Of a stretch of DNA of 49,903 nt, positions 1-11,198 are shown piece by piece. The notes under the pieces were generated by a model. That model was given only the letters and a program-made list of their open reading frames with translations. It was not told the DNA's origin and did not search any database. The stretch is from Cyanophora paradoxa CCMP329 (lineage: Eukaryota; Plantae; Glaucophyta), in NCBI GenBank assembly GCA_004431415.1, contig QPMI01000670.1, positions 1 through 49,903 of the forward strand, in the 5' to 3' direction. How positions within the stretch are numbered: the first letter of the stretch is position 1; the number at the start of each line of letters is the position of its first letter. The position numbers and the translations under genes were made by a program.

Positions 1-2007
1 ACGAGGTGGCCGCGCAGGTACTGCCGCAGCGCGTGCACGGCGCCGTGCGCGAGGTCCCGCGAGAGGCGGCCGGGCTCCTGGGCGGCGGCGGGGGCCTCGC
101 CGGGGGGCGGGGCGGGGGCGGCGGGGCGGAGGAGGGCGAGGAGGTAGCGGAGGCCCTCCATCGAGTCGAAGAACTCGAGGACGGCGCGGAAGGAGAAGGC
201 GAGGGAGAAGAAGATGCAGGCGTTCTTGCGGGCCGTGTCCGAGGGCGAGGAGAGGAGCCAGAGGCCGACCTTGACGACCGTGTGGCACGTCGGGTGCGGC
301 AGCTGGCACACCCGCTCGAACACCGACACCGTGGAGGCGAGGCCGTGGAAGGCGACGGCGAGGCCCCCCGCCACGTACGTCACCCGCGGGGCGGCGAGCA
401 GCAGCTGCACGCCCCCGCGGTCCACGAACGCCATCGCGAACCTGCCCCGCCTCGCTCAGCCGGGCCCGGCGGGGCGGGGGGGCGGGGGCGGGGGGCGTGC
501 TTCTTGTGCGTGAGGAGGGCGCAGACGAGGCGGAGGGCGGCGTTGACGAGGGCGCGGTCCGGCGCCTTCAGCAGCGCCACGAGCACGTCCAGCACCCGCT
601 CCTGCTCCGTGTCACGCCCGGCCCCGCTCCCGTGGGGCGGCGCGGGGGCAGGCTCGCCTGGAAGGCGGGGCCGATGACCTCCTGGTACTCGCCCGTGCGG
701 GAGAGGACCTGGAGCAGGTAGTGCAGCTGCGCCCCGCCAACCCGTTGCTCGCAAAAGGAGCGGAAAAGGAATCAAAAGAGAGGGCGCGCCTCCATCTCGT
801 GGAGGGCGCGGCTGGAGGGGCCCTCGTCCTCCCCGGCCTCGTCCCCGGGCGGGGGCGAGGCGCGCCCCGAGGGGCCGGCCCGCGGCGAGCCCTTGGGCCC
901 GTCCGTAAGCGGCAGCGGCTGGCTCCCGTCGCCGCCCTCGCCCTCCCCGAGCACTGCCGCCGCCTCGCGTCGGCGGCGCGGCGCGGCGACGGGGCGCCGG
1001 CGGCGGGCGGCGGGGCGGACCGAGGAGGCGGAGGCGGCGGAAGAAGAGGGCGGGGAGGCCGCTGCTGACGATGTGCTGCGCGAGCCACTGCGAGCGGTCC
1101 GACTGCTCGATCCCCAGGCACTGCGCGAGGAGGCCTGCACCCCGCACCTCGGCGCCCCGGGCGCTGCTGCGCGGGGCGCGGGGCGCGCGCGCGTACCGGT
1201 GCCGATGACACGCTGCGCGTACTTCTTCTCCTGCGTGGCCCACGCCTGCCAGCGCTCCCGCTGCGCTTCCTGCGGCCGCCGCTCTCAGAGCGCCCCGCCC
1301 CTGCGGCGACCGCGCGAGCCGATCGCGCGACCGGGCCTACCTCGAAGATGCCGCTCTCGACCAGATCGGTCTCAGCCGGACAGGCCGCGAGCAGCAGGCG
1401 CGCGGCGGCCAAGTTGATCGCCTGCGCCGCGGGAGTGAGCGGCGCAGGAGGTCGAGTCGGACAGGGGGCGGCACACATCGCCGTGACTTGCATCAATGTA
1501 GCGCGTCGTCAGCTGCGGTTCGCGTCAGCCGCTGTCGCCCGCGCGCGCCGCTGCGGCGCTCCAGCCGGCGCGCCCGGGCGCTCTAGTCGGCGCGGTTCGG
1601 CAACTTCGAGGTTAGCCCGCTACGTCGGACTAGTCGAGTCACGCACAAGCTCAATGAAATCCTCTGCCTGCACGAGCTGGTTGAGGAGCGGTCCTATGGA
1701 GTGATCTGGACGCGGGGGTCGTTCGAAAGTTAGCCGGTGGCGGCTGGGGGCGTGGTGGCGCGGGCGTATTGCCGGTACCGTCTCTGGTATTGCTCCACGG
1801 GTCTTCGATCTCATTCTCGTACTTGCGCTCCTCGCGCTCGAGCAAGGCGGCAAGCCTGTGCGCATGTCAGTGAGAGATGCTAAGCTGAGGTTTGAAGGCA
1901 CTGTGGCGGCGGCGCGCGATCACTCGCCGGTTCAGGACGCGAGGAAGGGCGTCCAGATCCTCCTCAACTTCATTGGCCTGCTGGAGGAGCGCCTGGAAGG
2001 CGCTCAT
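1..2007 (-). CDS. DCAF1: DDB1- and CUL4-associated factor 1 (DCAF1/VprBP)-like, multi-exon; 3' end lies outside the window
   Basis: Spliced reading from ATG 2007: MSAFQALLQQ...NRLAALLEREERKYENEIEDPW. Later exons give LSRTGEYQEVIGP, LRLVCALLTHKK/FAMAFVDRGGVQLLL and FERVCQLP...ARKNACIFFSLAFSFRAVLEFFD, matching recalled DCAF1 N-terminal/ARM-like segments. Confidence 0.85.
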
Positions 2008-2094
2008 TAGCCCTCCTCCTTCACTCATTTGCGCGGGAGAGCCAGTTCAGCGAAAGCGAGGGGGGTAGTCTGATCTAACTTGACTTCCCCTGGA

Positions 2095-5000
2095 ATGGCG
2101 AGCCTGGCCCCTGACGCGGTGGCCGCGCTCCTCGAGGACGAGGACGCAGAGAAGCTCCGTGCGCTCGGCGGCCCCGACGGCGTGGCGCGCGCGGTCGGCT
2201 CGTCGAGCACTGCCGGCCTGTGTGAGAGCGCTGACCAGCTTCGGGAGCGCGGCGAGCGATACGGGCAAGCGCTGCTGCCCGGTGCGCGCGCGGGCAAGCG
2301 CTCGAGGCGCCGCTCTCCTTAGCCATCCGAATCCCGCCTGCGCGTACGCTGTTGCATTCAGCCCTGCTTATCTCCGAATGTGTCGTTTAAGCCGCGCGTA
2401 CGGACCGCGCTTTCTCTCAGCGCTTGTTTTCTTTCCTGCGTCCGCGGCCGCTAACTTCCTCGCAAGAGGTTGAGACAACTGGCATCCTCCGTATAGCCTG
2501 GGAGACCTTCCGAGGCGATTTCACCCTCCAGGTCCTCTTCGTCGCCGGGCTGGCCTCGCTGGGCATCGGTCTGGTGCGAGTTTCAAGCCGGTGGCCTTGC
2601 CAGCGCTGAGGCCGCCGCCTCCTTCAGGGATTTGAGGACCCCAAGACAGGCTGGATTGAGGGCACGGCAATCCTCGTCGCCATTCTCGTCGTGGTGACCG
2701 TCGGTGCTCTCAACGACTGGAGCAAGGAGAAGCAGTTCCGCGACCTGAACAAAGTCCGGTGCGCCGCGCGGCCGCTCCGGCGGGGGCCCCCGAGCGCGGA
2801 GCGACGGGCCCGGGGGCGCGTAGAGAGGACAGGAGTGTGCGGGTGGTGCGCTTCGAGAAGCGGGAAGAGGTGCGGGTGGCGGAGATCCTGACGGGGGACG
2901 TCGTCGAGTTTGGGCCCGGGGACGCCTTCGTCGGGGACGGCCTCCTCCTCCGCGGCTCCGGCGTCGCCGTCGACGAGTCCTCCATGCGCGCCCGCGCCCG
3001 CGCCCCCTCCGCCCGCCCCGCCTCGAGCGCCGAGGGCGGGCAGGACGGGGGAGTCGATGCCGGCGCGCAAGAACCCGGGCGAGAAGCCCTTCCTCCTATC
3101 CGGCACCAAAGTCCTCGAGGTTCGGCCCCTGGCCCGCGCCCCCTCTGCCCCTCTCCCCCCGTGAGCTCCCCCGCAGGGCGAGGGGGCGATGCTGGTGCTG
3201 GCGGTGGGCCCGCGCTCGCGCGCGGGGCGCATCTCGGCGCTGCTGGAGGCCCCGCGCGAGGCGACGCCCCTCCAGCAGCGCCTCGAGCGCCTCGCTAAGG
3301 ACATCGGCAAGTGCGCGCCGCCGCGCCGGCCCCGCCCCGGCCGCCGCCGCCGCCGCGCGCGCCGAACGGGCCGCCGCGGGGAGGTTCGGGCTGGCGGCGG
3401 CGCTCTCGACGGTGTTCGTGCTCTTCCTGCGGTTCGGGATCGAGGCGGCGGTGCAGCGGCGCTCCTGGGAGGCCTCCATGCTCCAGGAGATGCTCCGCTT
3501 CATCATCATCGGTGCCGCCCGCGCCGCCCCCGCCCCCGCCGCCCCCGCCGCCGCGGCCCCGCCTCACGGTGCGTGGCGAAGGCGTGACGGTGCTGGTGCT
3601 GGCGATCCCGGAGGGCCTGCCCCTCGCCGTCACCATCTCCCTCGCCTACTCCGTCAAGAAGATGCTCCGCCAGAAGGCCCGCCCCGCCCCTCTCTGTGAC
3701 CTAGCCCGGGAAGGCGAGTCGAGGGCTGGCAGAACCTGGTGCGGCACCTGGACTCGTGCGAGACGATGGGCAACGCGACGGCGATCTGCAGCGACAAGAC
3801 GGGCACGCTGACGATGAACCGCATGGTCGTCACGCGCTGCTGGGCCGGCGGCGCCGAGCGCGGCGACTCGGCGGGGGCCGTCGCGGCGGGCCTCGCGGGG
3901 ACGCCCCTTGGGGCCCTCCTCGGCGAGGCCATCTCCGTCAACTCCACCGCCTCCCTCGGTGCCCCCGAGGCCGTGCGGCACCCCTCCTCTCCCCCGTCCC
4001 CCCCGGCTCGGCCTGACGCCGCGCCGGCGCAGGCGGGCGCGCCGCCCAAGTTCCTGGGCAACGTGACCGAGTGCTCGCTGCTCGATCTCGTGGGCCGCTG
4101 CGGGATGGACTACGAGGCGATCCGGCGCGGCCTCCCGCTCCTCGCGCGCTGCCCCTTCTCTTCCGCCCGCAAGCGGATGTCGAGCGTGGTGCCGGCGGGG
4201 GCGGGCGCCCGCATGCACGTCAAGGGCGCCGCCGAGGCCGTCATCGCGCTCTGCACGACGGCGGCCGAGGCGGGGCCCGACGGGGCGGTGCGGGCGCGGC
4301 CGCTGGGGGCGGGGGAGCGGGGGGCGCTGGAGGCGCTGGTGCGGGAGATGGCGTCGGGGGCGCTGCGGACGCTGGCGCTGGCGTACCGGGAGGGCGGGGC
4401 GGGCGGGGCGCGCAGCCCCGAGGAGGTCGCCGCCCTCGAGTCCGACCTCACCCTCCTCGCCGTCCGCCCGCTCCCCCCGCCCGCCCCGCTCCGCGCTCTC
4501 CTGACGGGCGCCGGGGGCAGATCGTGGGGATCAGGGACCCCGTGCGCCCCGAGGTCCCCGAGGCCGTCCGCCGCTGCCGCGCCGCCGGCATCACCGTCCG
4601 CCCTCCCCCGGCCCCTCTGCCGCCCTCGCCTCCGATGCCCCGCGGGCGTGCAGGTGCGGATGGTGACGGGCGACAACGTGCTGACGGCGCGCGCCGTGGC
4701 CGAGGAGTGCGGCATCGTCCCCCGGGCCGCCCTCGGCCCCGCGGCCTCGGCCTCGGCCGCGGGGGAGGCGGAGGCGGGCGGGGGCCTGCAGGTGATGGAG
4801 GGCCCCGACTTCCGGCGGCTCGTGGGCGGCACGGTCAAGGACGCCGCCACGGGGGCCCCCCGCGTCGCCAACCTCGCCGCCTTCGAGCGCCTCTGGTCCC
4901 GCCTCCGCGTCCTCGCCCGGTGCTCGCGACGCTCCGGCCGCCGCGCCGCGCCCGCCCCGGCCCCTCCCTCGCGAGCCCCGGCCCCGCAGCTCGTCGCCGG

Positions 5001-7106
5001 AGGACAAGCACACGCTGGTGACGGGCCTCCGCCAGATGGGCGAGGCGCGGCGCGAGCCCCGCGGGCCCCCCCCCCCCCTCCCTCCCCCCCCCCCCCCGCC
5101 CCCCCCGCCCTCCGCGCGCTCCCTCGTCTCAGGGCGCCGCCCGCGGCAGGTGGTGGCGGTGACGGGGGACGGGACGAACGACGCGCCGGCGTTGAAGGCG
5201 GCGGACGTCGGCTTCTCGATGGGCGTCGCCGGCACCGAGGTCGCCAAGGAGGCCTCCGACATCGTCCTCCTCGACGGTCCCCGCCCCCGCCCCGCCCCGC
5301 CCGCCCCGCCCCGCCCTGGCCCGGCCCGACCGGGGCGCCTCGCCGCGCGCGGGCCGGCAGACAACTTCGCGTCGATCGTGACGGCGCTCTCGTGGGGCCG
5401 CAACGTCTACGACTCCATCCGCAAGTTCATCCAGTTCCAGCTCGTGCGCCCCCGCCCCCTTCCCCCTCCCCCCCACCTCCTCCTCTCCCTCAGACATCCC
5501 CGTGCCGGCGGCGGGGCAGACGGTGAACGTGTCGGCGGTGTGCCTGGCCTTCGTGGGGGCGGCGACGGTGGAGGCCTCGCCCCTCTCCGGCGTCCAGCTC
5601 CTCTGGATCAACGCCCGCCGCCCCCGCCCCCTCCCACCCACCTCCCTCCCGTGACCCCCGCGCAGCTCTTCATGGACACGGGCGCCTCGCTGGCGCTGGC
5701 GACGGAGCCGCCAACCCCCGAGCTCCTCGAGCGGCCCCCGTACCGCCGCGACGAGTCCATCGTCACGCCCGCCATGCGCCGCGCCATCGCCGGGCAGGCC
5801 GCCTACCAGCTCGCCGTGCTCCTCCTCCTCCTCTACTTCGGCCCCGGCTGGCTCGGCATCCCCGCCGGCTACGCCGGCACCGACCACGGCCACTCCGCCT
5901 CCGTCCACGTCCGCCCGCCCCGCCGCCCCGCCCCGCCCCTCCGCCCCGTCCCTCCGCCCGGCTCACCCTCTGCCGCGCCGCCAGTTCACGGTCATCTTGT
6001 CTTCAACGCGTCATCTTCAACGCGTTCACGCCGCCGCCAGGTAATATTCAACGCGTTCGTCTGGATGCAGCTCTTCAACGAGATCAACTCGCGCCGCCTC
6101 AACGGCGAGGCGCCCCGCCCGCTCGCCCCGCCGGCCCCCGCCCCGCCGCTCCAACGCCGCCGCGCGCAGGCCAACGTCTTCCGGGGGATCCACCGCTCGC
6201 CCCTCTTCATCGGTCCATCCCCTCCAACTTGGCTGGATCGCCTAAACCTATCTAACCACCTATCTAACCATCCGCCCAGCAATCGTCGCCGCCTCCGCGG
6301 CCGTGCAGGCACGCTTCATTCTCCGCGCCCCCGGGCCGCCTGCACCCGCCTCGAATCGAGCGCGCCCCGCGCAGGTCGTGATCGTCACCTGGGGGGGCCT
6401 GTTCTTCCAGACGACGCCCCTCAACGTCCAGCAGGCGCGCAGGCCCCCGTGGCCCGCCCCCGCGCCCTCACCCGGCGGCCCTGCAGTGGTTCCTGTGCGT
6501 CGGGCTGGGCCTGGGCGCCCTCCCCCTCTACCAGATCCTGCGCTTCGTCCCCGCCAGGCGCGCCCCCCGCGCAGTTGCCGTGCCGGTCTCTGTGGCGTCG
6601 CGAGGCCGCCCCGCAGGTACTTTGAGACGCCGAAGACGCCGGCCTGGCTGGCCGCCCTCGGCGCCCGCCTCGCCGCCCCCTTCCGCCGCCTCCTCCCCCG
6701 CCCTCGCCCCGGCGCCGGCGCCCGCTGGCGCGCCGCCGCGCGGGCCGCCCTGCGGCTGCGGCGCCCCGCCTCGGACTACCGCCTGCCGCACCCGACGGAG
6801 CTGCGGGCCGTCGTGCACGCGACCGAGGCGGACGCGCTCGAGAGCTGGGTGCGGCGCTCGGCGGCGGGGCTGCAGCGGGCGAACACCGCGCCGCTGCCGC
6901 CGGCCCTGCGGCGCCTGCCGTCCATGAAGCGCGTGCTCTCGTTCCGCGTGCAGCGCCCCTCGGAGCGGCGGGAGCCGGCCCCTGCCCCCGCCGCCACCGT
7001 GGGCCCCGGCCCGGAGCCCGGCCCGGAGTCGCACCTGCTCGCCCCAGAGCCCCGGCGCTACTGGAAGCCCCGCGAGGACGGCGCCGCTAGCCACCGCGAG
7101 GCGTGA
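2095..7106 (+). CDS. P2B (PMCA/ACA-type) Ca2+-transporting P-type ATPase, about 24 exons
   Basis: Motifs after splicing: [52 protein letters not shown] (phospho-Asp), [63 protein letters not shown]. 23 introns traced; stop at 7104-7106. Confidence 0.95.
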
Positions 7107-7215
7107 GCGGCCCGCGGGAAGGAAGAAAGAAGAAGCGGGCGGGCGGGCGGCAGAGAGTCGGGGTGTAAATAATAAGCAAAACGGAGCTACGAAGGGGGGA
7201 GGCGGGGGCGGGGCG

Positions 7216-9514
7216 CTAGATGAAGAGGTCGCCGAGGGCGCCGAGGGCGGGGAAGAGGCGGGCGTCCTGGCGAACGTAGGGGAGGAGGCCCTCCCCGAAG
7301 TGCTCGCTCAGCGCCCCGTACGGCACCGCCAGCTTCGGCAGCAGCGCCCCCGGCTCCTCCGGCGCCACCCCCGGCCGCCCGGGGCCCCCCGCACCCTCCC
7401 CCCGCTGCTGCTGCTGCTGCACCAGGTCCCCCAGCGTCAGCTGCTGCCCCGCCCGCTGCTGCTGCGGCTGCTGCGGCTGGGCCCCCGACGGGCCCGCCTT
7501 GCTCGGCCCGCCGCCGCCGCCGAGGAGCCGGCCGCGGCGAGGGCGGCCGGCCGGGGCGCCGCCGGCCCGATGGCGGCGGCCGGCGGAGGCACGAGAGCCT
7601 CCATGTACTTGTGCAGGTACGTCCCCGCCGCCGCCTGCGCCGCCCGTCGCGCAACGCGCGGCGGGGCGGGGCAAGGTACAGCGCACGAGGAGGGCGCTGT
7701 GCACTTTGCCGGCCTCGAAGCGCTTGACGAAGCGGCGCAGCTCCGCCGCGTGCGCCGCCGCCGCCGCCGCCGCCGCCCGCTCCGCCTCGTTCTCGCCCTC
7801 GCCCTCGGCGGCGCCGGCGGTGGAGCCGGCGCGGGGGGCGGGGGAGGCGCGGCGCGGGTCGGCCTCGGTCGCCTCGGGTACCTCGGCCGCCAGGATGCGC
7901 ATGTACGCCGGCACGTTCGGCATAAGGATGCTGTGCAGCACGTGCGGGCCCTGCCCCCGCCACCGCGTGAGCCCCGGGACGCGGGGCGCTGGGGCGGGGC
8001 GGGCGGGGCGGACGAGGTGGGCGAGGCCGATGATGGCGCCGTAGTGCGTGGTGAGGGGCTTCCCGAAGTCGAGGAGGGCGGCGACGAGGGTGCGCGTGAT
8101 GCGCGGCACCAGCGTCCGGTACGCCGCCCCGTAGCGCTCGCAGATGAGCGCCACCAGGCCGGCGGCGTAGTCCCGCAGCGACCAGTGGTTCTCCGCCGGC
8201 GAGTTGCACAGGCGCTTGCCCACCAGGCACGTCAGGATCGCCGGCATCAGCTGGTGCAGCTGCCGGGCCGTCGGCGGCGCGCGAGGCGGCCGCGGGGCGG
8301 CGCGCGGGGGCCGAGGGGCGCACGTAGGGCTCGATGTGGATGTGGGGGTTGGAGAGGAGGGCGCGCACGAGGCGCATGAGGGAGCGGAGGAGGCGGAGGT
8401 TGCGCAGGTTGCGCGAGACCTGCGGCCCCACGCCGCGTCGGCCGCGGTCGCCGCCGCTGCGGAGGGCGCGCGGACCTCGTAGGAGACGAACTGGGCGAAG
8501 TAGGGGACGAGCTGGTGGAGGCCGGCGTCGCGCGAGAGCGCCTGCAGCGCCTCTTCTTCCGTCGGAACGCCCACCTCCCCGGGTGCCTCCACCGCCCCTG
8601 CCCCGCGTCGGCGCCGGCCCGGGAAAAGGAAGGCGGGGGGAGCACCGTCTTCTGGGGGCAGCGGGGCGAGCCCGGACTCGGCCATGATGGCCGCCGTGGC
8701 CTTCTCGAAGAAGACCTGCAGCTCCCGCGAGAGGATGTGCTTCACCAGCGGCTTGATCGTCACCGGGCCGATGTCCGCCCCCGCCGCCCCGCCCGCCGCC
8801 CCGCTCGAGCCTGCCGCCGCCCCGCCCGCCGCCGGCGCCTCCGGCTTCCGCTTCTTGCTAGTGACGAACGCGCTCGCGGGTCCATCTGCGCGCGGAGCTT
8901 CGGATCTAGTAACGGTGGACGCAGCACAGGGCGGGGGCGGACCCTGCTGGCTGGGCGCCGGGTTCTGCGGGATGGAAGGCTGCACGCCCTCGACGGCCAG
9001 CCAGTGCGCCGCGAGGGTCATCTCGCGTGGACAGACGGGAAGCGGCGCGTTGATAACGTCGTTTAGGTCCAGCTCCGCGTCCTCAATGACGAAGAGGTCA
9101 TTCGTCCCTGCAACCCGCTTGAACCGCGCCGTATCGCCGCATGTGTTCCAGCCGTAGACGGGCTACGCAGGTGGAGAACACTTAGCTTCAACAAAAGGCA
9201 CAGCCCCGACGCCCGCCGCTGCACGGGAAGGCGCACTTCGACGTTCCTGAGCCGGAGGGCGCTGTTGAAGTCATCTGGCGTGAGCACCGCGCGCTTCGAG
9301 TGCTTCATAATCTTCATCGCCTCCTGCATCGCAAACGCACGACGATAAGCCGCGGAGGTGGCGGTCGGGGCAGCATTCGAACCTGGACGATCTCGCGCAG
9401 GCGGTATTCGACATCAGAGGCAAGCGCCGTTGTAATATCCTCGCCGAGCCCGGGCAGGCCATTCGCCTCCGCTATCACCGCGATGCTCGACCCGGCGAGC
9501 AACGCGGAGGCCAT
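7216..9514 (-). CDS. TAF6: Transcription initiation factor TFIID subunit 6
   Basis: Histone fold LASDVEYRLREIVQ/EAMKIMKHSKRAVLTPDDFNSALRLRNVE; HWLAVEGVQPSIPQNP; VKHILSRELQ; DAGLHQLVPYF; LHQLMPAILTCLVGKRL; NHWSLRD; THYGAIIGL. Confidence 0.95.
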
Positions 9515-10027
9515 GGCGGGGCTCCAATGCCTTTTTACTCTTGTTTCAAACGCCCAGTTCCCCAGGTTTCTTCGTCCGCTTTCGGCTTTCGTTTTCCCGC
9601 TCCCGCTGCCCACAAGCCCCCGAGCCCTGTATCCCCCCACCGGCACCTCAGACACCTCTGCCACCTCTACGCCTGCCACCACATCGGCCCAGCCCACCGC
9701 CGCGACGCTACCTTGCGTCCTGGTAGCTTCTCTTCAGGTGAGGAGTGGTCGGCGGCAGTTGGCGGCAGTTGGGCCGCTGCCGTCAGCCGCGCTACAGCGC
9801 CGACGAGCCATCCGCATTAGCCGCACTCTAGTGTATCAAGTGCTTTGCGGCGCGCACGCGCCGCGGACGTTAAGACGCGAAGCGTCCTTGCAAGCACCGC
9901 GACCAGAATTTGGCAGCGACCTAGCAGCATCGAATCGCGGCTGCTAGATTCATTCACAGCGCTTTCTTCGCTGACGTTGGCCGCTGCAGGCTCTGAACGC
10001 GGCGCACTACTCTGAAGAATTTGCAGT

Positions 10028-10985
10028 ATGGGCTGGGAAGCAGATGATGGCGAGCTTGATCTGGGTGCTTTTTTTTTATTTGCGAGCCCGGGGAGGTCTT
10101 TATGGCCTAAGGGAACGCAGATAAGAAGGGAATCTCGGCATGGCCGAGCAAAGAGATTGCCAAGGTCCGCTTTGATTTCACGCACGCTCCGAGGCCGACG
10201 CTTGAAATCACTGTCGGGCTGCAGGTTGGCCCCGAGAACATCCGCACGCTGCTCCTGCGCAAGAACAAGATCACGAGCATCCCCGGTGCGTCGCTGCGCT
10301 TCGAGCGGTTCGCGGCCAGCGCGCGGCTCACGCAGACACAGGCCATGAGCTCGCGCAGCTCGTCAATCTCAGGATTCTCGACCTCTCTGACAACAAGCTC
10401 ACGTGAGCAAGTTACGACGCATGGGGCCAGTGCTCGCGCCGACGCCCCCGGGGACGCCCGCAGGTCTTTGCCTTCGGAGATCGGTCACCTTCTGAACCTC
10501 GAGGAGCTCTACATTAGCGGCAACGAGCTGTGCGCGCCGCGTGCCCTGCTGCCGCCCTGCCGCCCGCCCCGCGCGCGTCTGACCAGCGGGCCGCTGAGCA
10601 GGGAAGACCTCCCCGTCGAGCTGTGCGGCCTCGCTCCCGCCCGACCCGCGGCGCGCCGCGCGCCGCGCCGGGGCGGCTGACCGACGGGCCGGCGGCAGGG
10701 GCTCGCTGACGTCGCTGCATATGTTCGACGCGCTGCCGAACCCGCTCACGGGGCTGCCGGCCGAGGCCCGCGCCACGGACCGCGCCATCGCCGAGCACCT
10801 CCGCAAGGCCGCCGCCGAGCGCGGCATCGGTCCGCGCGCTTCTCGCCGGGGCGAGACTTCCCCCCGCCCCCTCACGCCCCGCCCCGGCCCGCCCCGCAGG
10901 CCCCCTCATCTCCGTCGCCAGCGACGCCAAGCAGAACAACACGTGGGGCGGGAGCCACGTGCAGTGCGCCGTCCTCAGGCTCTGA
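10028..10985 (+). CDS. Small leucine-rich repeat protein, multi-exon
   Basis: Spliced LRRs: IRTLLLRKNKITSIP, LVNLRILDLSDNKLT/SLPSEIGHLLNLEELYISGNEL/EDLPVELGSLTSLHMFDALPNPL. The last exon ends ...HVQCAVLRL* at TGA 10983-10985. Confidence 0.8.
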
Positions 10986-11198
10986 GGCCCCGTCGCGCAA
11001 CGCCGCGCGTAAACGTTTATTCTAGCTATTCGATATCGACGTAGTGCAGGCTAATAGTGTTATCGAGGCCCACTCGCGCCTCCTGTATTAATTGATGATC
11101 CCCTCAGCCCATTGCATGCGGCCACCGGACGCGGGGGCATTGGCCTTGGGAGCCCCCGCTTTTCCTCTCCGCGGCAATGCTCTGGAGGATAGAATTGA

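Noticed and set aside
6213-6279. AT-richer intron with an ACCTATCTAACC duplication as a possible introner
   Set aside because: No second copy in the window, and no TIR or TSD evident.
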